Shown here one piece after another: positions 7,905 to 16,576 of a stretch of DNA of 53,308 nucleotides. The notes under the pieces are model-generated. The model was not told where the DNA came from, did no database searches, and saw nothing but the letters and a program-made list of their open reading frames with translations. A program made the position numbers and the translations under genes. The stretch lies in IMG/VR virus record IMGVR_UViG_3300005836_000021, positions 1-53,308 of that record, one strand, 5' to 3'. Every line of letters begins with the position of its first letter. Position 1 is the stretch's first letter. This DNA comes from a virus.

Positions 7905-8827
7905 ACGAACTCGACCTGTTTGGAAACACAACGGAGGGGGCCCGGGCTGCGGGCCCCCTGGGCAGTCGGTTCATATTCCCTCCCTTCACAGTGCTGCGTG
8001 GCGACAGCGACACGTGGCTGAGCCGAAAGGCTCACTGGCTGGGCATGGGCATCAAGTCCGAGGTCAGCCGCGAAGATGTCAAAACCTACAGCGTGCCGGG
8101 GTACATGCAGAAGTCCGAGGCCACCGTGTCGGTGTTCGACCCCTGCCTGGCCGAGGTGGCGTACAGGTGGTTCTGCCCCACGGGTGGCCAGGTGGTGGAC
8201 CCGTTTGCCGGGGGCAGCGTGCGCGGCATCGTGGCCAGCTTCCTGGGCCTGCCGTACTGGGGGTGTGACCTGCGCGAGGAACAGGTGCAGGCAAACCGGG
8301 AGCAGGCCGCCGAACTATGCACCCCTGGGCTACCCACACCGGTGTGGGTCACGGGCGATGCCCTGGTGGTGCTGGACCAGGCCCCCGAGGCGGACCTGCT
8401 GTTCAGTTGCCCACCCTATGGCGACCTGGAGGTGTACAGCGAAGACGGCGCCGACTTGAGCACCATGCCCCACGAACAGTTCCTGGAGGTGTACGCGGCC
8501 ATCATCAAGAAGGCCGTGGGCAAGCTGCGGGTGGGCGGCATGGCGGCCTGGGTGGTGGGTGAGTTCCGCGACAAGCGCACGGGGGCCTACCGGGAATTCG
8601 TGCCCGACACCGTGGCGGCCTTCACCCTGGCTGGGCTGCAATACTGGAACGAGGTGACCTACATGACCCCCGTGGGCACCCTGGCCATGCGCACCAGCGC
8701 CAAATTCGAGACCAACCGCAAGCTGGGCAAGAACCATCAGAACATGCTAGTCTTTACCAAGGGCAGGCCCATGGTGGCTGGCATACCCGTAAGCACCACC
8801 ACCCCGATGGGTGGCAAGGAGGAATGA
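7901..8827 (+). CDS. DNA (N4/N6 amino) methyltransferase
   Basis: VVDPFAGGSVRG is motif I (FxGxG type) and LLFSCPPYGDLE is motif IV ((D/S)PPY type). ATGA overlap. Confidence 0.75.
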   Translation: MNELDLFGNTTEGARAAGPLGSRFIFPPFTVLRGDSDTWLSRKAHWLGMGIKSEVSREDVKTYSVPGYMQKSEATVSVFDPCLAEVAYRWFCPTGGQVVDPFAGGSVRGIVASFLGLPYWGCDLREEQVQANREQAAELCTPGLPTPVWVTGDALVVLDQAPEADLLFSCPPYGDLEVYSEDGADLSTMPHEQFLEVYAAIIKKAVGKLRVGGMAAWVVGEFRDKRTGAYREFVPDTVAAFTLAGLQYWNEVTYMTPVGTLAMRTSAKFETNRKLGKNHQNMLVFTKGRPMVAGIPVSTTTPMGGKEE

Positions 8828-9297
8828 TGCGAGCTTTGCTGGTGTACCCGAACGGCGCCCAGGCACAGGTGCTGGAAGTGAACCAGACCCCAGGGCAGTT
8901 GCTCACGCCTGTGGCCAACGAGGATTGGTTCTCCATAAACATGGCCATCCCGGTGTATTGCCCGCCCGTGGTGGACGTGTGGAAAAGGGTAAGCACAGGG
9001 GCACCGGACTTCCCTGTGTACGTGTGGGACCGCCGCGAGGGTGGCCCGCGAGAGGGCCCGGCCGAAGGGCTGCCGTTGGTGCGGGGCCTGCAAGCCTACC
9101 TGCGCACTATGCCCGGGGTCAAGACCTTGGGGGTGCAGGTGGACACGAACGGCGACGTGGCCGTGACCCTACAGGGGCCCACCAAGGCCAGCAGGTATCA
9201 CATGAGTCGATACGGGGTGGAACAGGCTCGGTTCGACCCGCTGCGCACGGCCTTGGAATACGCGGCCACACAATTGCGCAGGGCAGGCGACCTGTGA
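8824..9297 (+). CDS. Hypothetical protein (157 aa)
   Basis: Track ORF with an ATGA overlap. Confidence 0.5.
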   Translation: MMRALLVYPNGAQAQVLEVNQTPGQLLTPVANEDWFSINMAIPVYCPPVVDVWKRVSTGAPDFPVYVWDRREGGPREGPAEGLPLVRGLQAYLRTMPGVKTLGVQVDTNGDVAVTLQGPTKASRYHMSRYGVEQARFDPLRTALEYAATQLRRAGDL

Positions 9298-9872
9298 TCG
9301 ACCTGGCCAAGGTGCCCCTGATCGAAAGCGAGAACCAGACACCGAACCCACCCCGCCGTACTGTGGACCTGGTGGTGCTGCACAGCACCGAGGGAAAGGA
9401 ATACCGCGGCAGCGCCCGCAACGTCGCGGACTGGTTCCAAGACGACCGATGCCACGCCAGCGCCCACTATGTGGTCGACCCTGGTGAGGTGGTGCAGTGC
9501 GTGCCCGACGTGGCCGTGGCATGGCACGCCTACGGGTGCAATGCCCGCGGCATCGGGGTGGAGATGTGCGGCCTGGCCGAACAGACCGTGGCACAGTGGG
9601 CAGACCCCGACAGCCTGGCCATCATCGCCCGCACCGCTGACCTGGTGGCAGCAATATGCCTCAAGTGGCAGATACCTGCAACCGGGATGGCCATTTCGCA
9701 AAACACCGGATGGCAGTGGGTGCTTCAAAATCAGAAAGGTAGAGGCCTTCTGACCCACGCACAAGCCAGTGCGGCGTTCCCGGGCCACGGCAACCATTGG
9801 GATCCAGGGCCCAACTTCCCCTGGGCCGCATTCGTCGAAAAGGTGGCCCGCTTGCTGGAGGGAACGCGATGA
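9294..9872 (+). CDS. N-acetylmuramoyl-L-alanine amidase (Amidase_2 / PGRP, T7-lysozyme-like)
   Basis: VVLHSTEG...ASAHYVV...AWHAYGCNARGIGVE...HGNHWDPGPNFPW carries the zinc-ligand pattern. GTG start in a GTGA overlap. Confidence 0.75.
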   Translation: MIDLAKVPLIESENQTPNPPRRTVDLVVLHSTEGKEYRGSARNVADWFQDDRCHASAHYVVDPGEVVQCVPDVAVAWHAYGCNARGIGVEMCGLAEQTVAQWADPDSLAIIARTADLVAAICLKWQIPATGMAISQNTGWQWVLQNQKGRGLLTHAQASAAFPGHGNHWDPGPNFPWAAFVEKVARLLEGTR

Positions 9873-10114
9873 TGAAATGGAACAAGCGCCGAAAGAAGGG
9901 GCGCAAGCTGAACCTCGTTGTGCAGCAGCACCCGTGGTCGCTGGGCATTGCGGCATGCATCCTCCTGCACGTGCTGCGCTGCCCCACCTTCGCGGGCTGG
10001 GTGCCAATCGGGCGGATGGGCATTGGCCCACGCCCAGCCGTCTGGTACCCCAGGCCCCGGTACGTGTGGCGCATCATCTGGGGCAGCACCATGGGCAAGC
10101 CCCGTGCCCGTTAG
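9869..10114 (+). CDS. Small basic protein with one hydrophobic segment (81 aa)
   Basis: ATGA overlap with the amidase gene. MMKWNKRRKKGRK...WSLGIAACILLHVL. A holin role is only a guess. Confidence 0.4.
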   Translation: MMKWNKRRKKGRKLNLVVQQHPWSLGIAACILLHVLRCPTFAGWVPIGRMGIGPRPAVWYPRPRYVWRIIWGSTMGKPRAR

Positions 10115-10298
10115 GCTGTTGGTCAAGGTGGGCACGGCCTTCATCAGTCAGTGGGGCTTTGGGTGCGTGGTAGCCCTAGGGGCTGATGGGTGGTGTGCGG
10201 TGGCATTCCAGAACGGGGTCACAGGGCGCCTGCCCACCGAGGCGGTACAGGTTTTGCATGAGCGGCTGTTGGCGTTTTGCCGAGTGGGGGTGCAGTGA
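10104..10298 (+). CDS. Possible small protein (64 aa)
   Basis: A GTG in frame with track ORF 9918..10298. It mainly fills a gap. Confidence 0.25.
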   Translation: MPVRLLVKVGTAFISQWGFGCVVALGADGWCAVAFQNGVTGRLPTEAVQVLHERLLAFCRVGVQ

Positions 10299-10891
10299 TG
10301 GCGGAAATTGGCTCCACGACGATCGTGGTGAACGTGCGCTCCGGGTGTGGCCATTGGAGGGCGGATGGCCAGGGCAACAAAGCATACTGTGACCGGGTGG
10401 AGGGCCACGCGGGGCGGCATGCAAGCGGAAACAAATGGTGGCACCAGGGGGCAGAGGGCCTCGAATACCCCGTGGCCGTGTGCGGGGAACACCTGGCCGA
10501 CCATGTGTCATTCAAGCACATCAGCCTGAGCTGTGACAGGCCCAACGGCCACGAGGGACTGCACACCGATAAGGGGTGGTGCTGGGCCACCGGGGCTACG
10601 GCGCCGTGCCCCATGCGCAAGAAGGTGGTGCCCAAGGTGGTGTCGTGGGAGGAGGACGGGCTGCGCACATCGTTGGCTTTTGCCCGCAGCGACCTGGCAG
10701 TGATGAGGCAGGAACGAGACGCCCTGCGCGCAGGCTTGGACGAGGCGGAAAGTGATGCGAAGCGGGCCCAGGCGGACGGGGCGGTGTTGCGCCAAGCAAA
10801 CCGCACGCAATACAAGGACCTCGAGAACAGCAGGGAGGCCACCCGCGAGCTGGGGGCCAAGCTGGCGGCCATCCGTAAGGTGGTGCTGTAG
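10298..10891 (+). CDS. Hypothetical protein with a His/Cys-rich N-terminal half and a coiled-coil C-terminus (197 aa)
   Basis: TGATG junction. GCGHW...CDRVEGHAGRH...CGEHLADH...CDRPNGHEGLH. Confidence 0.5.
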   Translation: MAEIGSTTIVVNVRSGCGHWRADGQGNKAYCDRVEGHAGRHASGNKWWHQGAEGLEYPVAVCGEHLADHVSFKHISLSCDRPNGHEGLHTDKGWCWATGATAPCPMRKKVVPKVVSWEEDGLRTSLAFARSDLAVMRQERDALRAGLDEAESDAKRAQADGAVLRQANRTQYKDLENSREATRELGAKLAAIRKVVL

Positions 10892-11211
10892 TGCGGGCCT
10901 GGGCTGTGATCCGGTACCGGATGGGGCATTGGCTGCGGTGCTTCATTCGACGGATAGTACTGGCCGCAGGTGCGGCGGCCAGTACACGCGGGGAAGCCAA
11001 GCGCAGGCACCTGGCCCGGTTGCTGCGCGCCGAACACGAGGCGCGCTTGCACGAGGTTGGCCGGTGGCGCGAGCACTTGCCCCTGGGGGCGCACGCACGC
11101 CTGCGGTACTACCGGGTCATGCGCCCCAGCGGCCTGCGTCCTGACGGACTGTTACCCAAGGACTTCGAAGATGACCTGGCACCGGTTGTGCATAGGAAAC
11201 AGGCGTGCTGA
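10891..11211 (+). CDS. Hypothetical protein (106 aa)
   Basis: GTG start abutting the upstream TAG stop. Confidence 0.4.
   Translation: MRAWAVIRYRMGHWLRCFIRRIVLAAGAAASTRGEAKRRHLARLLRAEHEARLHEVGRWREHLPLGAHARLRYYRVMRPSGLRPDGLLPKDFEDDLAPVVHRKQAC
11177..11196 (+). promoter_or_regulatory. Sigma54-type -24/-12 promoter motif, copy 4
   Basis: TGGCACCGGTTGTGCATAGG. GTG 11205 is 14 nt after the C of the GC. Confidence 0.5.
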
Positions 11212-11621
11212 TGCCCGCTGCTGTGGTGCTACTGGCCAGCGTACTCGAGGCCCCGCTGTTGGCCCGTGTGGCCAAAAGCGAAGACCCCAGCGCGGGGGCT
11301 GCGGTAATGTGGACGGTGCTGAACCGGGCCCGGGAGTACCGCACCAGCATCTTCGAGGAGGTGACCCGCCCTGGGCAGTATCAGGGCATCTGGACCGTAC
11401 AGGCCAAGGCGTGGTTGGACAACCCCCTGGACGCGGCCCAACTTCAGGCCCTGGAGCGGACCGCGCGGCAGGTGCTGCGGGGTGCGCTCCCAGACCCTAC
11501 AGGCGGCGCCACCCACTTCCACAGGGTGGGCACGGCTGACCCACCGTGGGCACCGGAGGAAGCAAAACGAATACTCGTAGGGAAGCACTGGTTTTACAAG
11601 GAGAAGAAAGATGGCCGATAG
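11205..11621 (+). CDS. SleB-like cell-wall hydrolase (Hydrolase_2 family)
   Basis: VLNRA...RPGQYQG...DPTGGATHFH follows the family pattern NR...PGQF...DPT.GA..F. Confidence 0.65.
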   Translation: MLMPAAVVLLASVLEAPLLARVAKSEDPSAGAAVMWTVLNRAREYRTSIFEEVTRPGQYQGIWTVQAKAWLDNPLDAAQLQALERTARQVLRGALPDPTGGATHFHRVGTADPPWAPEEAKRILVGKHWFYKEKKDGR

Positions 11622-11904
11622 GCAGGCGTACAGGTTGCTGGGTGGGTTCCGCAGCGCGATGGCGCAGGTGCTGCGGGGCGCCAAGGTGTTGGCGGCCAAG
11701 GCCGCGGACCTGATCAAGCTGAAGGGTCCCGGTCGCGACACCGCGGCAGTGCGGCGGGCCCGGCGCGCTTTGGCGCGCTGGGCAAGCGGATACCAGGCCA
11801 CCGAGTACCAGAAGGGCCCCACCTGCGCGCCGGCACAGCGGCGCCTGCGTGCGGCCCTGCGAGCGCGGGGTGGGTGCAGCACGGTGGGCCTGGTGGCCCT
11901 ATGA
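11611..11904 (+). CDS. Hypothetical basic protein (97 aa)
   Basis: Track ORF. Confidence 0.4.
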   Translation: MADRQAYRLLGGFRSAMAQVLRGAKVLAAKAADLIKLKGPGRDTAAVRRARRALARWASGYQATEYQKGPTCAPAQRRLRAALRARGGCSTVGLVAL

Positions 11905-12335
11905 GCCGCGAACTGGGGCGGAGCGACTTCTGGAAGGCCCGGTACGACGAGGCCCAGGAGGAGATCGCGAAGGTCGTGCGCGAACGTGATGCGTTTCGCG
12001 AAGGCCTCACGCACGCGGGCCTGCGGATCAGCGAACTGAACACCCACGTGTCCCTCCTGCAAGGGGACCTCGACGAGGCGGCCACCCGGTTGGTGGCCAA
12101 CACCAAGGACCTGGAACACAAGGCACTCATGCTGCGCCTGGCCCAAGGGGCCAACGTCAGCCTGGCCAGGGCCCTGGATGTGGCACGTGCGCGCACCCGG
12201 GTGGTGGAAGGGGAGGGCCGTGCCCTGGTCAGGCTGGGATTGGAGCTGTGTAACTGGATCGAGGCCGACCTGGGCTCACCATGCTTTTTCTCCCGGGCGG
12301 ACCTGGCAAAAAGTGGCGAGGTGCTGGGCCTGTAG
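11901..12335 (+). CDS. Hypothetical coiled-coil protein (144 aa)
   Basis: ATGA overlap. It is in frame with track ORF 11874..12335. Confidence 0.5.
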   Translation: MSRELGRSDFWKARYDEAQEEIAKVVRERDAFREGLTHAGLRISELNTHVSLLQGDLDEAATRLVANTKDLEHKALMLRLAQGANVSLARALDVARARTRVVEGEGRALVRLGLELCNWIEADLGSPCFFSRADLAKSGEVLGL

Positions 12336-12394
12336 GGTCAACACGTTGCCACTTATTGGCTCCACGGAGCGCGGTTTTGCAACATCACAAGCTC

Positions 12395-12426
12395 CCGCTG
12401 TTTGCTGAACCCCCAGCAAACAGCGG
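12395..12426 (+). terminator. Perfect 12-bp stem-loop (ccgctgtttgct / agcaaacagcgg, 8-nt loop) with no U-tract
   Basis: Read directly in the 152-bp gap after gene 11901..12335. It lies 10 nt upstream of sigma54-like copy 5. Confidence 0.4.
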
Positions 12427-12436
12427 AGCAGGGCCC

Positions 12437-12457
12437 TGGCACACACCCTGCATATGG
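12437..12457 (+). promoter_or_regulatory. Sigma54-type -24/-12 promoter motif, copy 5
   Basis: TGGCACACACCCTGCATATGG. ATG 12465 (an 8-codon mini-ORF) is 14 nt after the C of the GC, and the main gene starts at 12488. Confidence 0.55.
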
Positions 12458-12487
12458 GTAAGGCATGACCCAGGCAAAGGAGACCAA

Positions 12488-12982
12488 ATGACCAAGGGAA
12501 TGAGGTTTGCGGAACTGCCCACGGGGGCCCCCTTTGTGTACCAAGTGGGTGGGCCCGAACAGACCAAGCTGGGCCCCCGGCGTGCGCAGCAGCACGGGGC
12601 CCCGGGACCCTACCGCGTGAAGCCCAACACCTACATCCTCGCAGTGCTGCCCGACCCCACCCCCGAACAGGTGCAGGCCAAGCGGGCCACGAATATGACC
12701 CGCCACCTCGAGGGCACGCGGGCCTACGCCCAGGGGCTGGTAGAGGCGTGGGGCACCAAGTTTGCCAACGCCCCAGCCTACGCCTTCGAGTGGGCAGACC
12801 AGGCCATGGAAGCGGCCGCCCGGGTGGCGGTGTACACCGAGGCCCAGCGCATACTGGCGGCCAGCGGCCTGGACAAGCTGATGGTGGTGGCCCGCGGCCC
12901 TACGCGGCGCGCGGCCAACACCATGGCCCAGTACATGAACCAGGCGTGGGCGGAGATTGCGGCCCAGGAGGAGGAGCTGTGA
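12488..12982 (+). CDS. Hypothetical protein (164 aa)
   Basis: AAAGGAG lies upstream of the ATG. It is in frame with track ORF 12281..12982. Confidence 0.55.
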   Translation: MTKGMRFAELPTGAPFVYQVGGPEQTKLGPRRAQQHGAPGPYRVKPNTYILAVLPDPTPEQVQAKRATNMTRHLEGTRAYAQGLVEAWGTKFANAPAYAFEWADQAMEAAARVAVYTEAQRILAASGLDKLMVVARGPTRRAANTMAQYMNQAWAEIAAQEEEL

Positions 12983-13155
12983 AGGAGCTCGAGGCGGTAG
13001 TGAACCAGGCCGTGGCACACGGGTTGACCGGCTCCCAGGCCGTGCAGGCGCTCAGCGTGGTGCAGGCCATCCAGATGGGCTTCAGCGTGGTGTACCCCGC
13101 AGACCTGCGCGCCACGGTGGACGCCGTGTTGGCACAACTGAAGGAGGCAGCGTGA
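12979..13155 (+). CDS. Hypothetical small protein (58 aa)
   Basis: GTG start in a GTGA overlap. Confidence 0.4.
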   Translation: MKELEAVVNQAVAHGLTGSQAVQALSVVQAIQMGFSVVYPADLRATVDAVLAQLKEAA

Positions 13156-13499
13156 CGGACAAAGTGCTCGAGCGCGACAAGGCGGGCAAGCCCCTGGTGG
13201 TGGCCAAGCGGCCACCCAAGCCCGAGCCCGGGGTGCTGGTGGCGGGGCAACGCTTCCGCCTCCAGCCCGGTGGCCCGGTGTGCACGGTGGTGCGGGTGAC
13301 CCCCGCTGCCGCGTACTACCGCGGGGGCACGGTGCGAGAGGTGCCCGCCTTCGACGGCAAGTGCAGCAAATGCAAGGGCGCCGCAAAGCTGGGCTGCACC
13401 GTGTGCGGTAGCACCGGTGTGGAACACCGCGCGGCCTTCCAGGCCCAAGACAATACGGTGCTGCCGATGAGCCGGCGCGCCTTTGTGTACCCCGAATGA
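13152..13499 (+). CDS. Protein with a DnaJ-type CxxCxGxG zinc-finger pair (115 aa)
   Basis: CSKCKGAAKLGCTVCGSTG. GTG start in a GTGA overlap. It sits directly upstream of the polymerase. Confidence 0.5.
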   Translation: MTDKVLERDKAGKPLVVAKRPPKPEPGVLVAGQRFRLQPGGPVCTVVRVTPAAAYYRGGTVREVPAFDGKCSKCKGAAKLGCTVCGSTGVEHRAAFQAQDNTVLPMSRRAFVYPE

Positions 13500-15487
13500 C
13501 CATGGGCCTGGCCCAGCAGCGGCTCCTCGACAAGGTGCAGGGCTTGGTGGCTGCACCCCAGGTGCCCATAGAGCCCCAGGCCAGCAGGCCGAGGGCCCAG
13601 GTGCAGGCGCCCGTGCCACAGGCCACCGAGCCTCCACCGGGCTGGGCCCCTGACGCCCTGCCCAACCTGGCCAGCGCCCGGCGCCTGGGGTATGACCTCG
13701 AGACCACGGGGATCGAGTGGTGGAGGGGGCACCGCCCTGTGGGCGTGGCCGTGGCCGCCCAGCGCGACGACAACCCCGACCATATCGACGCGTGGTACCT
13801 GCCCACGGGGCACGTGGGGGGCAACCACGACCCGGAGCAGGTGCTGGCCTGGGCGCGCAGCCCCAGCGGCCTGGCTGGTAAGCACCTGTTCGGGCTCAAC
13901 GTGCCGTTCGATGCGCACCACAGCCGGGAATGGGGCTTGGGCCTAGAGGCCCTGGGCTGCACGCTGGGCGACATAGGGCACCGTGCCGCGCTGCTGGACG
14001 ACCACCGGCAGTCGTTCAGCCTGGAAAGCATTGCCCAGGACCTGCTGGGCGAGGGCAAAGTCAAGGGCCTGGACATGCGGCACGGCGCCGGGGTGTACCA
14101 CGCCCACCAGGTCACGGAGTACGCCCGGCAGGACGCGCGCCTGGTGCTGCGGTGCCTGGCCGTGCAAGAGCCCCTGCTGGCCGTCGAGGGCCTGGGCAGG
14201 GTGGTGGCGCTCGAGGACGCGACCATCTGGCCCGTGCTGGAGATGGAGCGCAACGCCATACCCCTGGACCTGGAAAAGCTGGACCGGTGGGTGGCAGACA
14301 TGGCCGCCCTGTCCGAGCAGCTTGCCGCGGGGGTGCGCACGGGGGCAGGCTTCCCGGTCAACCCCGACAGCCCCGAGGACATGGCCCGGCTGTGGGCAAG
14401 CTGCGGGCTCAAGCTACGGCACACGGCCAAAGGCGCGCCCAGCTTCACAGAGGAGATCGTCCTGGAGGCCGCAGCGGCACACCCGCTGATCGCGCAGGCG
14501 TGGCGCGCGGGCAAGGTCAAGGACCTGCACAAGGTGCTGGCAGGGTACCAGCGGAAGGTAAGCCCTGACGGGCGCCTACGGTTCGCACTGAACCAGCTCA
14601 AGGGTGAGAGGGACGAGTACGGTGCCAAAGGCACCGTGTCAGGCAGGTTCAGCGCCAGTGCGGCCAGCCGAGAGGAGGGCGACAACCCACAGCAGGTCCT
14701 CGCCTGGGACAAGTACGCCCGCACCTACCTGCCCATTGTGGGACAAGGGTACTACCCCAGGGAGCTGTTTGTGCCTGGCCCGGGGGCCACCCTGTGCGCC
14801 GCGGATGCGAAGCAGATTGAGTTTCGGATCTTTGCCCACTACAGCAAGTCGGCCAGCCTGCTGGCGGCCTATGCCGCTGACCCGGAGACGGACTTCCACA
14901 ACCAGGTCACGGAAATGGCCCACGCCACGAACAAAACCTTGACCCGGAAGCAGTGCAAGTTCCTAAATTTTGCGCTGATCTTTGCGGCAGGGCGCAAGCG
15001 TGGCGCAGCCATGATGGAGTGCAGCCTGGACGACTTTGACAGCTTCCTGGCCATGTATCGGCAAGCGTTTCCAGAGGCACAGGCCCTGCTGCACCAGGCC
15101 CAGCGCAAGGCCAAGGAGCGCAAGTGGGTCAAGACCGCCCTGGGCCGCCGGGCCCGGTTCAAGCCTGGGTGCATGTGCGGGTGCAGGTTCAAGCGCAAGG
15201 AGAAGGACAACCGCGAGCCGGAGCCCCCGTACCACAAGGCCCTGAACGCTGTGATCCAGGGCACCGCCGCAGACCTGAACAAGCTCAAGTTGTGCCGTTT
15301 ATACGCCATGCGGCACGAGTTGGGCTTCACCATGCGGCTGACCGTACACGACGAGGTCGTTGGCGACCTGCCCGACGCGGAGGCCGCCAGCAGGCTGGCC
15401 GCCGTGCTGGCGGTGCAGGAGGTGGACTTCAAGGTGCCGATACTGTGGGACCTGAAAACGGGGCCCAACTGGGCAGCTTGCAAGTGA
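13496..15487 (+). CDS. Family A DNA polymerase with a 3'-5' exonuclease domain
   Basis: Exo I is YDLETTG. Motif A is DAKQIEFRIFAH, motif B is RKQCKFLNFALIFAAG and motif C is LTVHDEVV. Confidence 0.9.
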   Translation: MTMGLAQQRLLDKVQGLVAAPQVPIEPQASRPRAQVQAPVPQATEPPPGWAPDALPNLASARRLGYDLETTGIEWWRGHRPVGVAVAAQRDDNPDHIDAWYLPTGHVGGNHDPEQVLAWARSPSGLAGKHLFGLNVPFDAHHSREWGLGLEALGCTLGDIGHRAALLDDHRQSFSLESIAQDLLGEGKVKGLDMRHGAGVYHAHQVTEYARQDARLVLRCLAVQEPLLAVEGLGRVVALEDATIWPVLEMERNAIPLDLEKLDRWVADMAALSEQLAAGVRTGAGFPVNPDSPEDMARLWASCGLKLRHTAKGAPSFTEEIVLEAAAAHPLIAQAWRAGKVKDLHKVLAGYQRKVSPDGRLRFALNQLKGERDEYGAKGTVSGRFSASAASREEGDNPQQVLAWDKYARTYLPIVGQGYYPRELFVPGPGATLCAADAKQIEFRIFAHYSKSASLLAAYAADPETDFHNQVTEMAHATNKTLTRKQCKFLNFALIFAAGRKRGAAMMECSLDDFDSFLAMYRQAFPEAQALLHQAQRKAKERKWVKTALGRRARFKPGCMCGCRFKRKEKDNREPEPPYHKALNAVIQGTAADLNKLKLCRLYAMRHELGFTMRLTVHDEVVGDLPDAEAASRLAAVLAVQEVDFKVPILWDLKTGPNWAACK

Positions 15488-15490
15488 GGC

Positions 15491-15748
15491 ATGGGTTGTG
15501 CTACACTACGAGGAGAGGGCATGCTGAAGGAATTTGAAACCGAGTACGGGAAGGGCCTTGACGAACCCACCACCCTGCGCCTGCTGCCACCGCAGGCCGA
15601 CCTGCCACCCGGGCGCACGTACGAGTGCAGCGCCTGCCGCACGCGGGTGCGCGAGGGCCAACCCCACACCGCCAGCGAGCCCCACCCCCATCAAACGTAT
15701 GCCGCTCTGATACATAATGAGGTGGACTGTGACCCAAACGCTGAGTGA
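15491..15748 (+). CDS. Hypothetical small protein (85 aa; alternative ATG at 15521)
   Basis: Track ORF containing a CSAC motif. Confidence 0.4.
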   Translation: MGCATLRGEGMLKEFETEYGKGLDEPTTLRLLPPQADLPPGRTYECSACRTRVREGQPHTASEPHPHQTYAALIHNEVDCDPNAE

Positions 15749-16187
15749 CTGGCAGTACCGACATGGGTGCTACTACCGCCGGGGCCTGTACCAGCCCACG
15801 GCGGCTCGCGTGGCCCGCGACCTGCGCGCCGACGCCGACAACGTACTGGCCCCAGGGGCACAGGCTGACGCCGAGGCCCTGGTGAGCGACTGCTACGTGG
15901 GCGTGGGGTACGTGCCCGTGGAGCCAGGGCAAAAGCCCACCCGCGGGCGGGTCTTCGAACTGGCCGGCAAACGCCTGAACGCCATGGCCATGGCCGAGGA
16001 GCTGTGGTTGCGGTACTTCAGCGACGTGCACCCGCTGGACCCCACAGGCTTACCCCTGCGCACGTACTACTGGCTCCACCGCGTGCTGTGCAAGGACGGG
16101 CGCCGGGCCCAGCCCTACACCATCCGCGCGGAAGCGTGGCGCCACGTGGCCCGCATGCGGCAGGTGCCCGTGCGCGAGGCCCTATGA
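15717..16187 (+). CDS. Hypothetical protein (156 aa)
   Basis: Track ORF. The start is uncertain because it overlaps the upstream gene by 32 nt. Confidence 0.45.
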   Translation: MRWTVTQTLSDWQYRHGCYYRRGLYQPTAARVARDLRADADNVLAPGAQADAEALVSDCYVGVGYVPVEPGQKPTRGRVFELAGKRLNAMAMAEELWLRYFSDVHPLDPTGLPLRTYYWLHRVLCKDGRRAQPYTIRAEAWRHVARMRQVPVREAL

Positions 16188-16576
16188 ACGAGGCCACCTG
16201 CAAGGCAGCCCTCTGCAAGCTGCTGCGGGCCACGTTGCCTGGGGCCGTGGTGTACCGGCACGAGGACCAGTTCACGGCGGGCATCCCAGACATCAGCGTC
16301 ACGTGGCGCGGGCGTACGGTGTGGGTCGAGGTCAAGCTGGACCGCCCCGGGCGCCGCGCTGTGGTGACCGCAGCCCAGGCCCTGGCACTGCGCCAGTTGG
16401 AGGGCATGCTGGTGACCTACGGCATCGCGCGCGATGGGTCCTACTGGGTGAGGGTGCAAGATGGAGGCTTCGACTGTGTGTACCCCTACGCCCAGGGAGC
16501 CCGCCGCAATTCGTTCAACCATGTCGCGGTGGTCGGCCGGATCAGCGATGCAGTGCAACGACAAAGGGGGGCCTGA
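16184..16576 (+). CDS. VRR-NUC domain nuclease (PD-(D/E)xK)
   Basis: GIPDISVTWRGRTVWVEVK matches the GxPD...E.K core. ATGA overlap. Confidence 0.65.
   Translation: MNEATCKAALCKLLRATLPGAVVYRHEDQFTAGIPDISVTWRGRTVWVEVKLDRPGRRAVVTAAQALALRQLEGMLVTYGIARDGSYWVRVQDGGFDCVYPYAQGARRNSFNHVAVVGRISDAVQRQRGA

Noticed and set aside
5893-8035. Long minus-strand ORFs (5893..8013, 706 aa; 6482..8035, 517 aa), and similar ones at 12778..14724, 19778..21055, 39704..41179 and 41047..42594
   Set aside because: Same reason. They are low-complexity Arg/Pro/Ala/Gly-rich antisense or off-frame ORFs, opposite genes that have clear catalytic motifs (methyltransferase, polymerase, SNF2 helicase, protease, portal).
12366-12383. 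Near-miss sigma54-like strings: CGGAGCGCGGTTTTGCAA here, TGGGCAGCTTGCAAGTGAGGCATG at about 15466-15493, and TGGCACG... at 12171 and 21447
   Set aside because: The GG-to-GC spacing is off by one or more nucleotides, and there is no start codon at +14. They were not counted in the family.
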